This document shows, one piece after another, positions 44,358 through 55,239 of a DNA stretch of 64,000 bases (position 1 is the stretch's first letter; every line of letters begins with the position of its first letter). The translations under genes were made by a program, and so were the position numbers. The notes beneath the pieces were generated by a model that was not told where the DNA came from, searched no databases, and was given only the letters and a program-made list of their open reading frames with translations. This stretch comes from an uncultured Alphaproteobacteria bacterium (GTDB taxonomy: Bacteria; Pseudomonadota; Alphaproteobacteria; SMXQ01): NCBI GenBank assembly GCA_963752345.1, contig CAVVYA010000020.1, positions 207,229 to 271,228 on the forward strand, given 5' to 3'.

Positions 44358-44413
44358 ACGCGGCCGGTCGCCGCCGGAACCGGAGTCAACCGGACGGTAG
44401 TCGAACGCAGGCG

Positions 44414-45299
44414 CTAATCCGGCCAGCGGCGATGGACCCAGAGCCACTGGGCCGGGTGCTCGCGGATCCAGCCTTCGATCACCCGATTGATCGTCGTGGT
44501 GAGCGCGACGACATCGGCCTGCCGATCGCCGCTGTTCGGCAATTCGAGGGGCGGATCGAGGATCACGCGGAACCGCGCGCCGCGGGTGCGGATCACGCGG
44601 CCGGTCAGGACGGCGCAGCCGTATTTGAAGGCGAGCTGGGCGACGGCTGGCGCGGTCATGGCGGGCCGGCCGAAAAACGGCACGGCGATGCCGTCGTTCA
44701 TCTTCTGGTCGGGCAGTATGCCGATATGACCGCCGTTGCGCAGAATCTCGACGATGCGGCGCGCGCCCTGCGCACCCTTCGGCACCAACTCGGCCCCGAG
44801 CGACTTGCGGCCGACCCTCAGGAGCCATTCCGCCGCGGGATCGTTCGGTGCCCGATAGACCGTGGCCATCGACGCGAAGGGCCCGCGCTGGACCACCGTG
44901 CAGACCGAGAGCTCCCAATTGCCGAGGTGGGCGGTGACGAAGATGCCGGGCCGCGCGTCATCGCGCATCTGGTCGATGTGTTCGGCGCCCTGCACCTCGA
45001 CGCGCGAGCCGTGGTAGATGTCGATCTTGCCGATGTGGGGAAATTCCCCCCAGACCCGCCCGAGATTGTCCCACATCTCCTGCAGAATCCGATCGATCTC
45101 GCTCGGCGCTCTTCTCGGGGAACGCGCGTTCGAGATTGCGCCGGGCGAGGCGCTGCACACGCAGGCGCGGGCCGATGGCGCGGGCCAGCCAGCTGCCGAG
45201 GGCCGACGCGGCGTCGATCGGCAGCGCCGCGAAGACTCCGTAGACGGCGAGATAGAGACCGCGCCGCGCATATTCGCCGATCTTCGACACCATCGTCAT
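44414..45299 (-). CDS. lpxL: Lipid A lauroyl/late acyltransferase (frameshift near 45110)
   Basis: TAHLGNWE, ILPDQ, PFFG, QWLWVHRRW. Confidence 0.88.
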
Positions 45300-46280
45300 G
45301 ACGCCAGCATGGTGAGCCGCTCGGCGAACCAGCGGTCGAGCGCGCCTTCGTCGTCCCACACGAGTCTCACGTCGAGCACGACGACGGGGCGGCGCAAATC
45401 GGCCGGCAGGCGCGCGGCATCCTTGGCGGTGGTCACCGGCAAGGCGTCGAGCCGGGCCGCGTCGGCCAGCAGCCCTTCGAATTCCGCCCGGCTGTAAGCA
45501 TGGTGATCGGCGAACGGCCGCTCGGCGACGAGCTCGCAATCGAGCTCGCGCAGCGAGGCGAAGAATTTTTCCGGGCGGCCGATGCCGGCGAAGGCGAGAA
45601 CGCGGCGTCCGGCGATCCGCGCGGCCGACTCCGCAGTCGGCACCAGCCGCGCGCGCAGCAGCGGACGTCCGGCGGCCTGCGCGGCGATGCCGGCGCGGTC
45701 CGCGCCGATCAGCACCAGCGCGTCGGCGCGCGACAATCCGTCGCTCGCCGGCTCGCGCAGCGGTCCAGCGGGAATGACCCGGCCGTTGCCGAAGCCGAAG
45801 GCGCCGTCGATCACCAGCAGGGAGACATCCTTGTGCAGCGTCGGATTCTGGAAGCCGTCGTCCATGATCAGCAGCTTGGCGCCGGATCCTCGCGCCGCCC
45901 GGGCGCCCGCCACCCGGTCGCGGGCGATCCATGTCGGCGCGGCCGCGGCGAGCAGCAGCGCCTCGTCGCCGACCTGGCTGGACTCGTGAACGCGCGGGGT
46001 CGACGCGCAGCGGGCCACGCTCGCTGCCGCCGTAGCCGCGGGTGAGAATATGCGCCGGCCCGCGCACATCCTTGAGGCGCGTGGCGAGCGACAGGGCGAC
46101 CGGCGTCTTGCCGGCGCCGCCCGCCACTAGATTGCCGACGCAGATCACCGGAATGCCGGCGCGCTTGGCTATGGTCGTCATCCGGCGCAGGCGCCCGGCC
46201 GCCGCGTAGAGACAAGCCAGCGGCGCCAGCAGTTTCGCCGGCAGGCTGTCGCGGTCGGCCCAGAAGTCAGGTGCCCGCAA
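45296..46280 (-). CDS. lpxK: Tetraacyldisaccharide 4'-kinase (frameshift near 45990)
   Basis: VICVGNLVAGGAGKTP, TRGYGG, GDEALLL, MDDGFQ, PAGPLRE, FADHH, TTAKD. Confidence 0.94.
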
Positions 46281-47598
46281 GGCGCGTGCGCTCCCCGCCG
46301 TCCTGCTCGCCGTCCCCCTTGGGCGCGCCGGGCAGCATGGCCGCGATCTCCGCCACGACGCGCTCGAGCACGTCCTCCTTGGTGGCGACCAGCCCGCGCG
46401 CCGCCTCGATCGTCGCGTGGCGCGCCGCCGGGTTGTCGAATAGCTGGCCGACGGCGGAGGCCAGCATATCGGCATGCGCGATGCGGCGCATGCCGCCGGC
46501 CGCCGTGAGCTCATCGGCGATCGACTGGAAATTTTCCATATGCGGGCCGGCGAGCACCGCCGCGCCGAGCCGCGCCGCCTCGAGCACATTCTGGCCGCCG
46601 CGCGGCACCAGCGAGCCGCCGATGAAGGCGACCGGCGCCAGGCGATAGAACAAGCCGAGCTCGCCCAAGGTGTCGGCGAGATAGATCTCGGTGCGCGGCG
46701 TGACCGGCTCGCGCAGGCTGCGCCGCGCGACGTTCAAGCCGTTGCTGCGCAGCATCTCCGCGATGGTGTCGGCGCGTCCGGGATGGCGTGGCACGATGAT
46801 GGTGAGCAGGCCTGGATGACGCGGCCGGAGCGCGCGGTGCGCGGTGCCGGCCGCGGCTTCCTCGCCGTCATGGGTGCTGGCCGCGACCCACACCGGCCGG
46901 CTGCCGAGCACGGCGCGCAGGTTGGCCAGTTGCGTGTCGTCGACCGGCAGCGGGCTCGCCGCATGCTTGAGATTGCCGGCTGTCTTGACGTTGCGCGCCC
47001 CGAGTTCACGCAGACGATGCGCCTCCGCCTCGTCCTGGGCGAGACAGAGCGAAAAGCCGCCGATCAGCGGCTGGAACACCGGCTTGAAGCGCAGCCAGCG
47101 GGCGTAGCTGCCGGGCGACATGCGGGCGTTGAGCAGCACCATGGGAATGCCGCGCGCCACGGTTTCGGTGATCAGGTTGGGCCAGAATTCGGACTCGACC
47201 CAGACCGCGAGGTCGGGCCGCCAATGATCGAGGAAGCGGCGCACCCAGGGCAGCCGATCGACCGGCGCATACTGGTGAAAGGCGCCGGCCGGCAGCCGCT
47301 CGGCCATCAAGGCGGCCGACGTGACCGTGCCGGTGGTCACCAGAACCGTCAGGTTCGTCCGCTCCGCGAGCAGCCGTTCGATCAGGCGCAGCACGGAAAA
47401 GGATTCGCCGATGCTGGCGGCATGGATCCAGACCAGGGTTTCGAGCGGGCGCGGCCGGCCGGGGTGGCCCATGCGCTCGGCGAAGCGCAAGCGGTCCTCC
47501 TTGCCGCGCGATTGGCGCCGCTGAAGGTAAAGTCGAATGGCCGGTGCGGCCAGCGTGGTGGCGATGCGATAGAGCGCGAGCGCGGCCTTGCCGAGCAT
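46267..47598 (-). CDS. waaA: Kdo transferase
   Basis: WIHAASIGE, ESEFWPN, NARMS, ASTHDGEE, VPRHP, DTLGEL, GGQNVLE. Alternative GTG start at 47634. Confidence 0.95.
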   Translation of the reverse strand: MLGKAALALYRIATTLAAPAIRLYLQRRQSRGKEDRLRFAERMGHPGRPRPLETLVWIHAASIGESFSVLRLIERLLAERTNLTVLVTTGTVTSAALMAERLPAGAFHQYAPVDRLPWVRRFLDHWRPDLAVWVESEFWPNLITETVARGIPMVLLNARMSPGSYARWLRFKPVFQPLIGGFSLCLAQDEAEAHRLRELGARNVKTAGNLKHAASPLPVDDTQLANLRAVLGSRPVWVAASTHDGEEAAAGTAHRALRPRHPGLLTIIVPRHPGRADTIAEMLRSNGLNVARRSLREPVTPRTEIYLADTLGELGLFYRLAPVAFIGGSLVPRGGQNVLEAARLGAAVLAGPHMENFQSIADELTAAGGMRRIAHADMLASAVGQLFDNPAARHATIEAARGLVATKEDVLERVVAEIAAMLPGAPKGDGEQDGGERTRLAGT

Positions 47599-47630
47599 GC
47601 GGTCACCCGCCGATGGCGCCGGATCGCCGT

Positions 47631-48387
47631 TCACGGCCGGCCCGCCATGGCGCCGGCGGCGCCCTCGTCGCGTTCGGCGCGGTGCTCGGCCGGTAGCTCG
47701 GCGGGCAACACCGGCTCGCTGCCGACCAGCCGGTCGGCCTCCGCGGTGATGGCGTTCAACCGATCCTCGACCAGTTGGCGGGCGGCTTCGATGTCGCTTT
47801 CGGCGGCATCGCGCGCCACGCTGATCGGCTGGTCCCAGATGAACACGCCGCGGGTGAAGGGCAGCGCGAGGATGAAACGGTCCCAGCTGCCGAGCACGAA
47901 CCGACGCTGGGCCGCGAAGGCGCAGGGCAGGATCGGCACGCCGGCCAGCCGCGCCGCCTGGACGACGCCGGCGCTCGCCCGCATGCGCGGCCCGCGCGGC
48001 CCGTCCGGCGTGAAGCCGACGCTGGCGCCGGCTTGCAGCGATTTGAGCAGGGCGCGCATCGCGGCGCTGCCGCCGCGCGAACTCGACCCCGCCACGGTAT
48101 CGAGGCCGAAATGGCGGATGGTATGGGAAATGAACAGGCCGTCGGAATGCTGCGAGATGAGCATGCGGATCGGCACGCCCTTGCGCCAGCAATAGGGCAT
48201 CATCAGCAGCCTGCCATGCCAGAAGGCGATAATGAAGGGACGGCCCTCGTCCCAGAAGCGCGCCGGGATGTCGCCGCCTTGAATCTGCCAGCGGCCGGTG
48301 ACGATGGACCAGGCGGATATAGGCGGCGAGCACCCGGCACAGCATGGCGCGCATCCAGTCGCGGCGCAGAAGCTGCTTCACGCTCAT
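47631..48387 (-). CDS. DUF374 lysophospholipid acyltransferase family protein (frameshift near 48300)
   Basis: AFWHG, ISQHSDG, GSSSRGG, TPDGPRGP, SWDRF. Confidence 0.9.
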
Positions 48388-48637
48388 GTCAGGGACGCTA
48401 CCGCGCGGGCCTGCGCGCAGGGTGACGGACCGCCGAAATGGCCGCCGGTCCGCGATGTCCAATTGGTTCGAGCGCCCATGGCTCCAGTGTTTCTGCCGTC
48501 GGCTCCCACCATCGGTTGTGGGGTCCCGAATTCGCGCTCAAACTATAGCATGGCGGCGGTGGAGCCAACCAGCGCTGCTGGCCCCGGCCATGGCGCGTTG
48601 ACTTGCCGCCACGATCGCCCGCGCGACCCGCGCGCTG

Positions 48638-49991
48638 CTATTTGCCGGCCACGGTCATGCCGTCGATGCGCACGGTCGGCGCGTCGGTGCCGTAGCGGAA
48701 TTCCAGGTCGCTCGCCGGGACCAGCCGCGCGAACATGTCCTTGAGGTTGCCGGCCACGGTCACTTCGCTGACCGGGTAGGCGATCTCGCCGTTCTCGATC
48801 CAGAATCCGGCGGCGCCGCGCGAATAGTCGCCGGTCACCAGATTGGTGCCCATGCCGATCAGCTCGGTGACGTAGAAGCCCTGCTTGATGTCGCCGATCA
48901 GCTCGGCGGCGGTCAGCGCGCCGGCCGCGAGATAGAGGTTGGTCGGCGCCGGGCGAGGGCGGCGCGCCGGTGCCGCGCGAGGCATTGCCCGTGCTGGTCA
49001 GGCGCAACTGCCGCGCCGTGGCGAGATCGAGGAACCAGCCGGTCAGCACGCCGTCCTCGATCACGGCGCGGCGCCGGGTCGGCAGCCCCTCGCCGTCGAA
49101 CGGCTTGGAGCGCAGGCCCTTGCGGCGCAGCGGATCGTCGATGATCTCGATGCCCGGCGCGAACACCCGCTGGCCCATGCGGTCCTTCAGGAAGCTGGTG
49201 CCGCGCGCGATCGATGCGCCATTCACCGCGCCGGCGAAGCTGCCGATCAGGCCGCCCGAGACGCGCGGATCATAGACCACCGGCACCTGGGCGGTGGCGA
49301 CCTTGCGCGGGTGGAGACGGCGCACGGCGCGCTCGCCGGCGCTGCGGCCGAGAGCGGCGGGATCCTTCAGGTCGGCGCCGGAGATCGCGCTGGTGAAATC
49401 ATAGTCGCGTTCCATTTCCGTGCCGCTGCCGGCGAGCACCGAGACCGAGAAGCTGTGGCGCGACACCGCATAGCCGCCGGAGAAGCCGTTGCTCGCGGCG
49501 AGATGAACACGGCTCGACGACCAGCCGGATTCGGCGCCTTCGGAATTGGTCACGCCGGGCACCGCGCGGGCGGCATCCTCGGCGACCGCCGCGCGCTGCT
49601 CGAGCACCTCGGGCGAGGGTTCCGCCGGGTCGTAGATGTCGAGTTCGGGAATCGAGCGCGCGATATCCGCCGGATCGGCGATGCCGCAATAGGGATCCTC
49701 GGGCGCCGCCGTGGCCATGGCGACGGCCCGGTTGACCATCTCCTGCAGGGCGTCGGACGAGAAATCGGTCGAGGAGACCACCGCCTGGCGCTGGCCCATC
49801 AGCACGCGCAGGCCGAGATCGCGGCCCTCGGCGCGCTCGATGCCCTCCGACTTGCCGAGCCGGCGGGCGAGCGACAGCGAGGTTCCCTCCACCAGCAGGG
49901 CATCGGCCGCCTGGGCGCCGGCCTTGCGGGCGCGCGTCAGCAGATCGGCCAAGAGCAGTTCGGGATCGAGGGCGGACGTGGTGGCATTCAT
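48638..49991 (-). CDS. pmbA: PmbA/TldE metalloprotease subunit (frameshift near 48950)
   Basis: NSEGA, MERDY, FDGEG, TGNA, NLVTGDYSRGAAG, EVTVAGNL. Confidence 0.93.
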
Positions 49992-50130
49992 CAGGGTTGC
50001 TCCGTGTTTCGACGGTTATAGGCAGCCGGGCGGGACCCTGCCAGTTGAAAGCGCGGGGCGCGCAGCTTTGATCCAGCGCAAGCGGCCGGCGCCATGTTCA
50101 TATAGGGTTCAGCCGGAGGGATCGCACCGT

Positions 50131-51387
50131 ATGACCACGCAAACCGGCACTTTGAGCAAAGGCCAGGCGGCGCCCGGCGCACTCAAACGCGCGCTCGGGC
50201 TGTGGCTGCTGGTGTTCTACGGGCTGGGCACCATCATCGGCGCCGGCATCTACGTGCTGGTCGGCGAAGTGGCGGGCAAAGCCGGCATGTCGGCGCCGAT
50301 CGCCTTCCTTCTCGCGGGCCTGCTTGCGGCCCTGACCGGCCTGAGCTACGCCGAACTGGCGGCGCGCTTTCCCGAGGCGGCCGGGGCGGCGGCCTATGTC
50401 GGCGAAGGGCTGAATTCGCCACTGCTGTCGCGGCTGACCGGTTTCGCCGTGTTGATCGTCGGCATTGTGGTCGCCGCCTCGCTGGCACGCGGCGCCGCCG
50501 GCTATCTCGAGACCTTCATCAGCGTGCCGACGCCGATCGCCTCCGGCCTGTTCATCGTGGTGTTCACGGCAATCGCCTGTCTCGGCGTGCGCGAGAGCGT
50601 CGGCGTCGCCAGCCTGATGACGGTCCTCGAGCTGCTCGGGCTCCTGCTGGTCGTGGCGGCGGGCGGGTCGCAGCTCGCCGGTTTCGCCGGCCGGCTGGAC
50701 GAGATCGTTCCCGACGAAACCGCCGAATGGGTCGGTGTCGGCGCCGGCGGCTTCCTCGCCTTCTTCGCCTTCATCGGCTTCGAGAGCCTCGCCAACATGG
50801 GCGAGGAGGCGAAGGACGCCGAACGCACCCTGCCGCGCGCCATCTTGCTGTCCGTCATCATCTCCACCGTCGTCTACGTGCTGGTCAGCCTGGTCGCGGT
50901 GCTCGCCGTCGATCCGGCGGCGCTGGCCCGGTCCAATGCGCCGCTTGCCCTGGTGCTGGAGACATCCGGCTGGTCGTTCCCCAGGTTGCTGGCCCTCATC
51001 GCGCTCGTCGCGGTGCCGGGCGGCATCTTGATCGACATGGTGATGACCTCGCGTCTGCTCTACGGCATGGCGCGGCGCGGTCTCGTGCCCGCCTGGCTCG
51101 GCCATGTCGAGCAGCGCACCCGCGCTCCGATGGTCGCGACGCTCGTCGCGGGCGCGGCCGCGCTCGTGCTCGCCGTCGGCGTGCCGTTCGGCGGGCTGGT
51201 GACCGCCACATCGAGCCTGACGCTGCTGGTGTTTCTGGCCGTCAACCTGGCGCTGTGGCGCCTGCAGCGGACCGAGACGAAGCGCCATCGCGGTTTTCAT
51301 GCGCCGCACTGGGCCGCGCCGACCGCGGCTGTGCTGTGTTTCGGTTTGATCGTCGCCGAGTTCGCCGTGCGGTTCCTGGCCGGCTAG
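50131..51387 (+). CDS. APC family amino acid permease
   Basis: GTIIGAGIY, SYAELAARFP, AFFAFIGFE, about 12 hydrophobic segments. Confidence 0.92.
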   Translation: MTTQTGTLSKGQAAPGALKRALGLWLLVFYGLGTIIGAGIYVLVGEVAGKAGMSAPIAFLLAGLLAALTGLSYAELAARFPEAAGAAAYVGEGLNSPLLSRLTGFAVLIVGIVVAASLARGAAGYLETFISVPTPIASGLFIVVFTAIACLGVRESVGVASLMTVLELLGLLLVVAAGGSQLAGFAGRLDEIVPDETAEWVGVGAGGFLAFFAFIGFESLANMGEEAKDAERTLPRAILLSVIISTVVYVLVSLVAVLAVDPAALARSNAPLALVLETSGWSFPRLLALIALVAVPGGILIDMVMTSRLLYGMARRGLVPAWLGHVEQRTRAPMVATLVAGAAALVLAVGVPFGGLVTATSSLTLLVFLAVNLALWRLQRTETKRHRGFHAPHWAAPTAAVLCFGLIVAEFAVRFLAG

Positions 51388-52652
51388 AAACCGGTCACGC
51401 GCCATGCCCAGAGCCACGCCACGGCAAGCGCCATGGAGATCAGCGTCACCGGCACGCCGGCCTTGGCGTGATCGCGGAAGCCGAGATGCACGCCGACGGA
51501 GGCGGCGCGCTCGACGGTGATGATGTTGGCCAGGCTGCCGACGATCAGCAAATTGCCCGCCAGCGTCGACAGCAGGGCCAGCGCGTAGAGCGCGCCGGCC
51601 GGCGGCTCGTTCCAGACCTGGAGCAGCAGGATGACCGCCGGCACATTGCCGATGGTGTTGGACAGCACCAAAGCGAGCGGCGCCAGCACGGCGAGGCGGT
51701 CGGGCAGGAGCCCGGCCTGCGCGAGCGCGGCGAAGGCCTGTTCGGCAAACGGCGTCGCGGCGAAGGCGCCGGTCACCACGAAGAGCCCGATGAACAGCAG
51801 CAGCAGGTTGAAGTCGACGCCGCCGACGATGTCGCGGCTCGCGATCCTGCGGCTGGCGAGCAACGCGCCGGCGATGGCGAGCGCCGAGATTTCGCGCGGC
51901 ACGTCGGTCAGGAACAGCACGAGCAGGATAGCGGTGGCGCCGACGGCTTTGGCGAACTGCACGCGGTCGCGGACGAGCGGCACGGCGATCGACGATGCGG
52001 GCAGGCTCGCCGCGCCGGGCGGCTGGTCGAGCTGCCAGCGGCCGCGCCACTGCCAGGCGACGATGGCGAAGGTGACGGCCATGGCGGCGAGGGCCGGCAC
52101 GGCGCAATAGGCGACGAACAGCGCGAAATCGAGCCGGCCGACCTGGCCGATCAGGATGTTCTGCGGATTGCCGATGATGGTCGCCGCCGATCCCGCGTTG
52201 GCGGCGCAGGCGAGCGCGATCAGGAACGGCACGGGGTTCATGCCGCGCCGCTGCAGCCCGACGCAGAGCAGCGGCGTCATGGCGAAGACGACGATGTCGT
52301 TGGCGAGCAGCGCCGAGAGGCCGCCGGCGGTGAGAATGGTGACCGCGAGCAGATGCCAGGGCTTGCCGGTGACGCGCGCGATGGCCGCGGAGACGCCGTC
52401 GTAGAAGCCCGACGCGCCGTATTGCGCCGACACGATCATCAGGCCGAACAGCAGCAGGATGGTCGGCAGGTCGACCAAGCGCGCCGTGCTGCCGAGCTCG
52501 ACCGCGCCGGCGGCCACCAGCACGATGGCGCCGAGCAACGCGATGCCGGTGCGGTCGATGCGCAGGCCCGGGAAGCGCCCGACGGCCATGCCGATATAGG
52601 TGAGAACGAAGACCGCGAGGATCAGGTCGCCGTCGAACCCGTTCGTGCTCAT
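51384..52652 (-). CDS. ArsB/NhaD (IT superfamily) anion permease
   Basis: SALLAND, ANAGSAATIIGNPQN, SNTIGNVPA, STLAGNL..GSLANII. Confidence 0.88.
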   Translation of the reverse strand: MSTNGFDGDLILAVFVLTYIGMAVGRFPGLRIDRTGIALLGAIVLVAAGAVELGSTARLVDLPTILLLFGLMIVSAQYGASGFYDGVSAAIARVTGKPWHLLAVTILTAGGLSALLANDIVVFAMTPLLCVGLQRRGMNPVPFLIALACAANAGSAATIIGNPQNILIGQVGRLDFALFVAYCAVPALAAMAVTFAIVAWQWRGRWQLDQPPGAASLPASSIAVPLVRDRVQFAKAVGATAILLVLFLTDVPREISALAIAGALLASRRIASRDIVGGVDFNLLLLFIGLFVVTGAFAATPFAEQAFAALAQAGLLPDRLAVLAPLALVLSNTIGNVPAVILLLQVWNEPPAGALYALALLSTLAGNLLIVGSLANIITVERAASVGVHLGFRDHAKAGVPVTLISMALAVAWLWAWRVTGF

Positions 52653-52680
52653 CGCCGCTGCCCGCTCCTCCGCCCGCCGC

Positions 52681-54192
52681 TCACGCGCGCGGCTTCTTCC
52701 AGATCGGCGCGCCGGATCCCGGCAGGCCGAGCTCGGGCCATTTGCGGCTCACCAGATCGACCACCTCGTCGCTCATGCGGATCGGCGTGCCCCATTCGCG
52801 GTTGGTTTCCGCGCCGATCTTGTTGGTGGCGTCGAGCCCGATCTTGCCGCCGAGCTCGGGCTTGGGCGAGGCGAAGTCGAGATAATCGATCGGCGTGTTG
52901 TCGATCACGGTGACGTCGCGCGACGGATCGAAGCGCGTGGCGAGCGCCCACATCACGTCCTTCCAGTCGCGCGCGTCGATGTCGTCGTCGACCACGACGA
53001 TCATCTTGGTGTAGAGGAACTGGCGCAGGTAGGACCAGATGCCCATCATCACGCGCTTGGCATGGCCCGGGTATGCCTTGCGGATGGCGACCACGGCGAC
53101 GCGGTAGGAGCAGGCCTCCGGCGGCAGATAGAAATCGACGATCTCGGGGAACTGCCGCCTCAGCATCGGCAGGAACACCTCGTTGAGCGCCTGGCCGAGC
53201 ACCGAGGGTTCGTCCGGCGGCCGGCCGGTGAAGGTGGTGAGATAGATCGGATCGCGCCGCATGGTGATGGCGCTGACCGTGAACACCGGAAAGCGCTCGA
53301 CCGCATTGTAATAGCCGGTGTGATCGCCGTAGGGCCCCTCGGCGCCGGTCTCGCTGAGCGACACATGGCCCTCGAGCACGATCTCGGCCGAGGCCGGCAC
53401 CTGCAGCGGCACGGTGACGCATTCGGTCACGGCCACGCGCTTGCCGCGCAGGATGCCGGCGAATTCGCATTCCGACAGGCCCTCGGGCACCGGCGTCACG
53501 GCGGCGATCATCACCGCCGGGTCGCAGCCGATCACGCAGGCGGCCGGCATCGGATCGGACCGCCTGGCTTTCCATTCGGCGAAATGCAGCGCGCCGCCGC
53601 GGGTGTGCAGCCAGCGCATCAGCGTGGTGTTCCTGCCGGTCACCTGCATGCGGTAGATGCCCATGTTGGCGGCGCCGCCGTCGGGTCCGCGCGTGGTCAC
53701 CAGCGGCCAGGTGATGAGCGGCGCCGGCTCGCCCGGCCAGCAGGTCTGGATCGGCAGGCGGGCGAGGTCGATGTCGGCGCCGCGCAGCACCACCTCGTGG
53801 CACGGCGCCTTGCCGATCAGCTTGGGCTTGCGCGCCAGCGCCGATTTGAGCAGCGGCAGCATGGCGAGCGCCTCGCGCAACGAATCGGGCGGCTGGGGAT
53901 GGTCGAGGAAGGCGAGCATCTCGCCCAGCTTGCGCAGCTCGCCGGGCTCGCGGTCCATCGCCCAGGCGACGCGCTCGACGGTGCCGAACAGGTTGGTCAG
54001 CACGGGCATGGCGGCGGGATTGCCCGCCTGGTCGGTGACCTTCTCGAACAGCACCGCCGGGCCCTGATCGCGCAGCAGGCGGGTCTGGATCTCGGTGATC
54101 TCGAGGGCCGCGGAAACCGGGGTGGTGACCCGCGCCAACCGGCTGTGGCTTTCGAGGCGCGCGAGAAACTCCCGCAGGGAGGCATAAGGCAT
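52681..54192 (-). CDS. ubiD: UbiD family prFMN-dependent decarboxylase
   Basis: NLFGT, NMGIYR, EGPYGDHTGYY, PPDEP, PIDYLDFASP, GLDAT. Confidence 0.94.
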   Translation of the reverse strand: MPYASLREFLARLESHSRLARVTTPVSAALEITEIQTRLLRDQGPAVLFEKVTDQAGNPAAMPVLTNLFGTVERVAWAMDREPGELRKLGEMLAFLDHPQPPDSLREALAMLPLLKSALARKPKLIGKAPCHEVVLRGADIDLARLPIQTCWPGEPAPLITWPLVTTRGPDGGAANMGIYRMQVTGRNTTLMRWLHTRGGALHFAEWKARRSDPMPAACVIGCDPAVMIAAVTPVPEGLSECEFAGILRGKRVAVTECVTVPLQVPASAEIVLEGHVSLSETGAEGPYGDHTGYYNAVERFPVFTVSAITMRRDPIYLTTFTGRPPDEPSVLGQALNEVFLPMLRRQFPEIVDFYLPPEACSYRVAVVAIRKAYPGHAKRVMMGIWSYLRQFLYTKMIVVVDDDIDARDWKDVMWALATRFDPSRDVTVIDNTPIDYLDFASPKPELGGKIGLDATNKIGAETNREWGTPIRMSDEVVDLVSRKWPELGLPGSGAPIWKKPRA

Positions 54193-54409
54193 GGCCGAGC
54201 AATGCCATGGCCAAGGTTGGCCGGCAAGGGAAGCTTGCGCCGGCCGGGAGAGCCCGGTCGGCTTCACCGTTTTGTAACGCGGGTCAGCTATGAGGGATCG
54301 TCTGTGGTCGGCGCGCCGTGCCCGACCTAAACTCCTGACCGAGCGTGCCTTGATTCCCGCGGTTTCGGCCCTAGATTGAAGCGTAACGTCGTTTGGAGGA
54401 GCACACGCG

Positions 54410-54667
54410 ATGGCGAATTTTTGGGTCGTCGGCGGCGAATACGCCTCGACGGACTTCCGCGACATGGCCCATGGCGGAGAGCCGCAGAAATACGGTCCGT
54501 TCAAGACCTATGAAGAGGCGCGCGCGGCGTGGCTCGCCCATTCCTGGGCCAATGTGGACAATTGCCACGTCCGCTTCACGATCACCCGCGACGACGCCGC
54601 CAAACCCGCCGCCGCCGGTTCCTCCGCCGCCGGTTCCTCCGCCGCCAAGTCTTCCGCCGCCGCCTGA
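54410..54667 (+). CDS. DUF4170 family small protein
   Basis: GGAGGAG RBS; WVVGGEY..F, YGPF..YEEA..AW, VDNCH.RF pattern. Confidence 0.8.
   Translation: MANFWVVGGEYASTDFRDMAHGGEPQKYGPFKTYEEARAAWLAHSWANVDNCHVRFTITRDDAAKPAAAGSSAAGSSAAKSSAAA
54611..54655 (+). repeat. 15-bp in-frame tandem repeat (x3)
   Basis: GCCGCCGGTTCCTCC twice plus GCCGCCAAGTCTTCC, encoding AAGSS/AAKSS. Confidence 0.8.
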
Positions 54668-54756
54668 TTCCCCTTTCCGGCCACGCGGCCGGCCGTCGCC
54701 CGCGGCGTCCCCGGACCGTCCCACGCAGGCCGCTCCCGCCCGCGGCATCGCCGGAC

Positions 54757-54864
54757 TGTCGGGGCGCTTTACATCCCATGGCCCCCGCGCCAGGGACTTA
54801 TCCCCTTGATCCACATGAAGAATACGCGACGCCATGCCCGGCCGCGGCGTCGTTAAACTTTACA
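54757..54864 (+). promoter_or_regulatory. Two enhancer boxes (YGT-N11-ACA with TTTACA core; PEP-CTERM/PrsR-type)
   Basis: TGTCGGGGCGCTTTACA (54757-54773) and CGTCGTTAAACTTTACA (54848-54864) upstream of a sigma-54 site. Confidence 0.65.
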
Positions 54865-54927
54865 CTGCGTCTGTCGCGACGGCGGGGTCCCGCGTCAAGC
54901 CATTGACATTGCTATAATCTTTGGCCG

Positions 54928-54942
54928 TGGCACGGGGATTGC
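54928..54942 (+). promoter_or_regulatory. sigma-54 -24/-12 promoter
   Basis: TGGCAC-GGGGA-TTGC, a perfect consensus match, about 50 bp upstream of ATG 54993. Confidence 0.85.
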
Positions 54943-54992
54943 GAGAAAATGGACGAACTGCCTACCATTTCAATGGTCAAATGGGTTGGATC

Positions 54993-55169
54993 ATGAAAGT
55001 TTTCGCACTGGCGATCGGCACGCTCGCACTCCTCGCGCCCCTCAACGCGGTCCTTGCGGGCGCCGAAAACGGGGTCGTTATCCAAATTCCGGAGCCCGCC
55101 ACACTCAGCCTGATGGCGATTGGCGTAGCCGGTGCTTTCGTTGCGGCGCGCTTTCGTAAAAAGAAGTAG
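54993..55169 (+). CDS. Minimal PEP-CTERM sorting-domain protein (58 aa)
   Basis: Signal peptide MKVF...AVLA, about 10-residue mature part, then IPEPATLSL, TM helix and basic tail RFRKKK. Confidence 0.85.
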   Translation: MKVFALAIGTLALLAPLNAVLAGAENGVVIQIPEPATLSLMAIGVAGAFVAARFRKKK

Positions 55170-55239
55170 CCAGGCTTGACCGTGCAGACCCGGCTACGGC
55201 GCGTGACGCGTCGGCCGGGCTTTGCGCTGGGACACCAGC

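Noticed and set aside
54894-54918. TTGACA...TATAAT as a sigma-70 promoter, or GTCAA-N4-TTGAC as an FNR box
   Set aside because: Only 4 bp separate the hexamers, and the palindrome halves are in the reverse order of an FNR/FixK site. It may still be an unknown operator.
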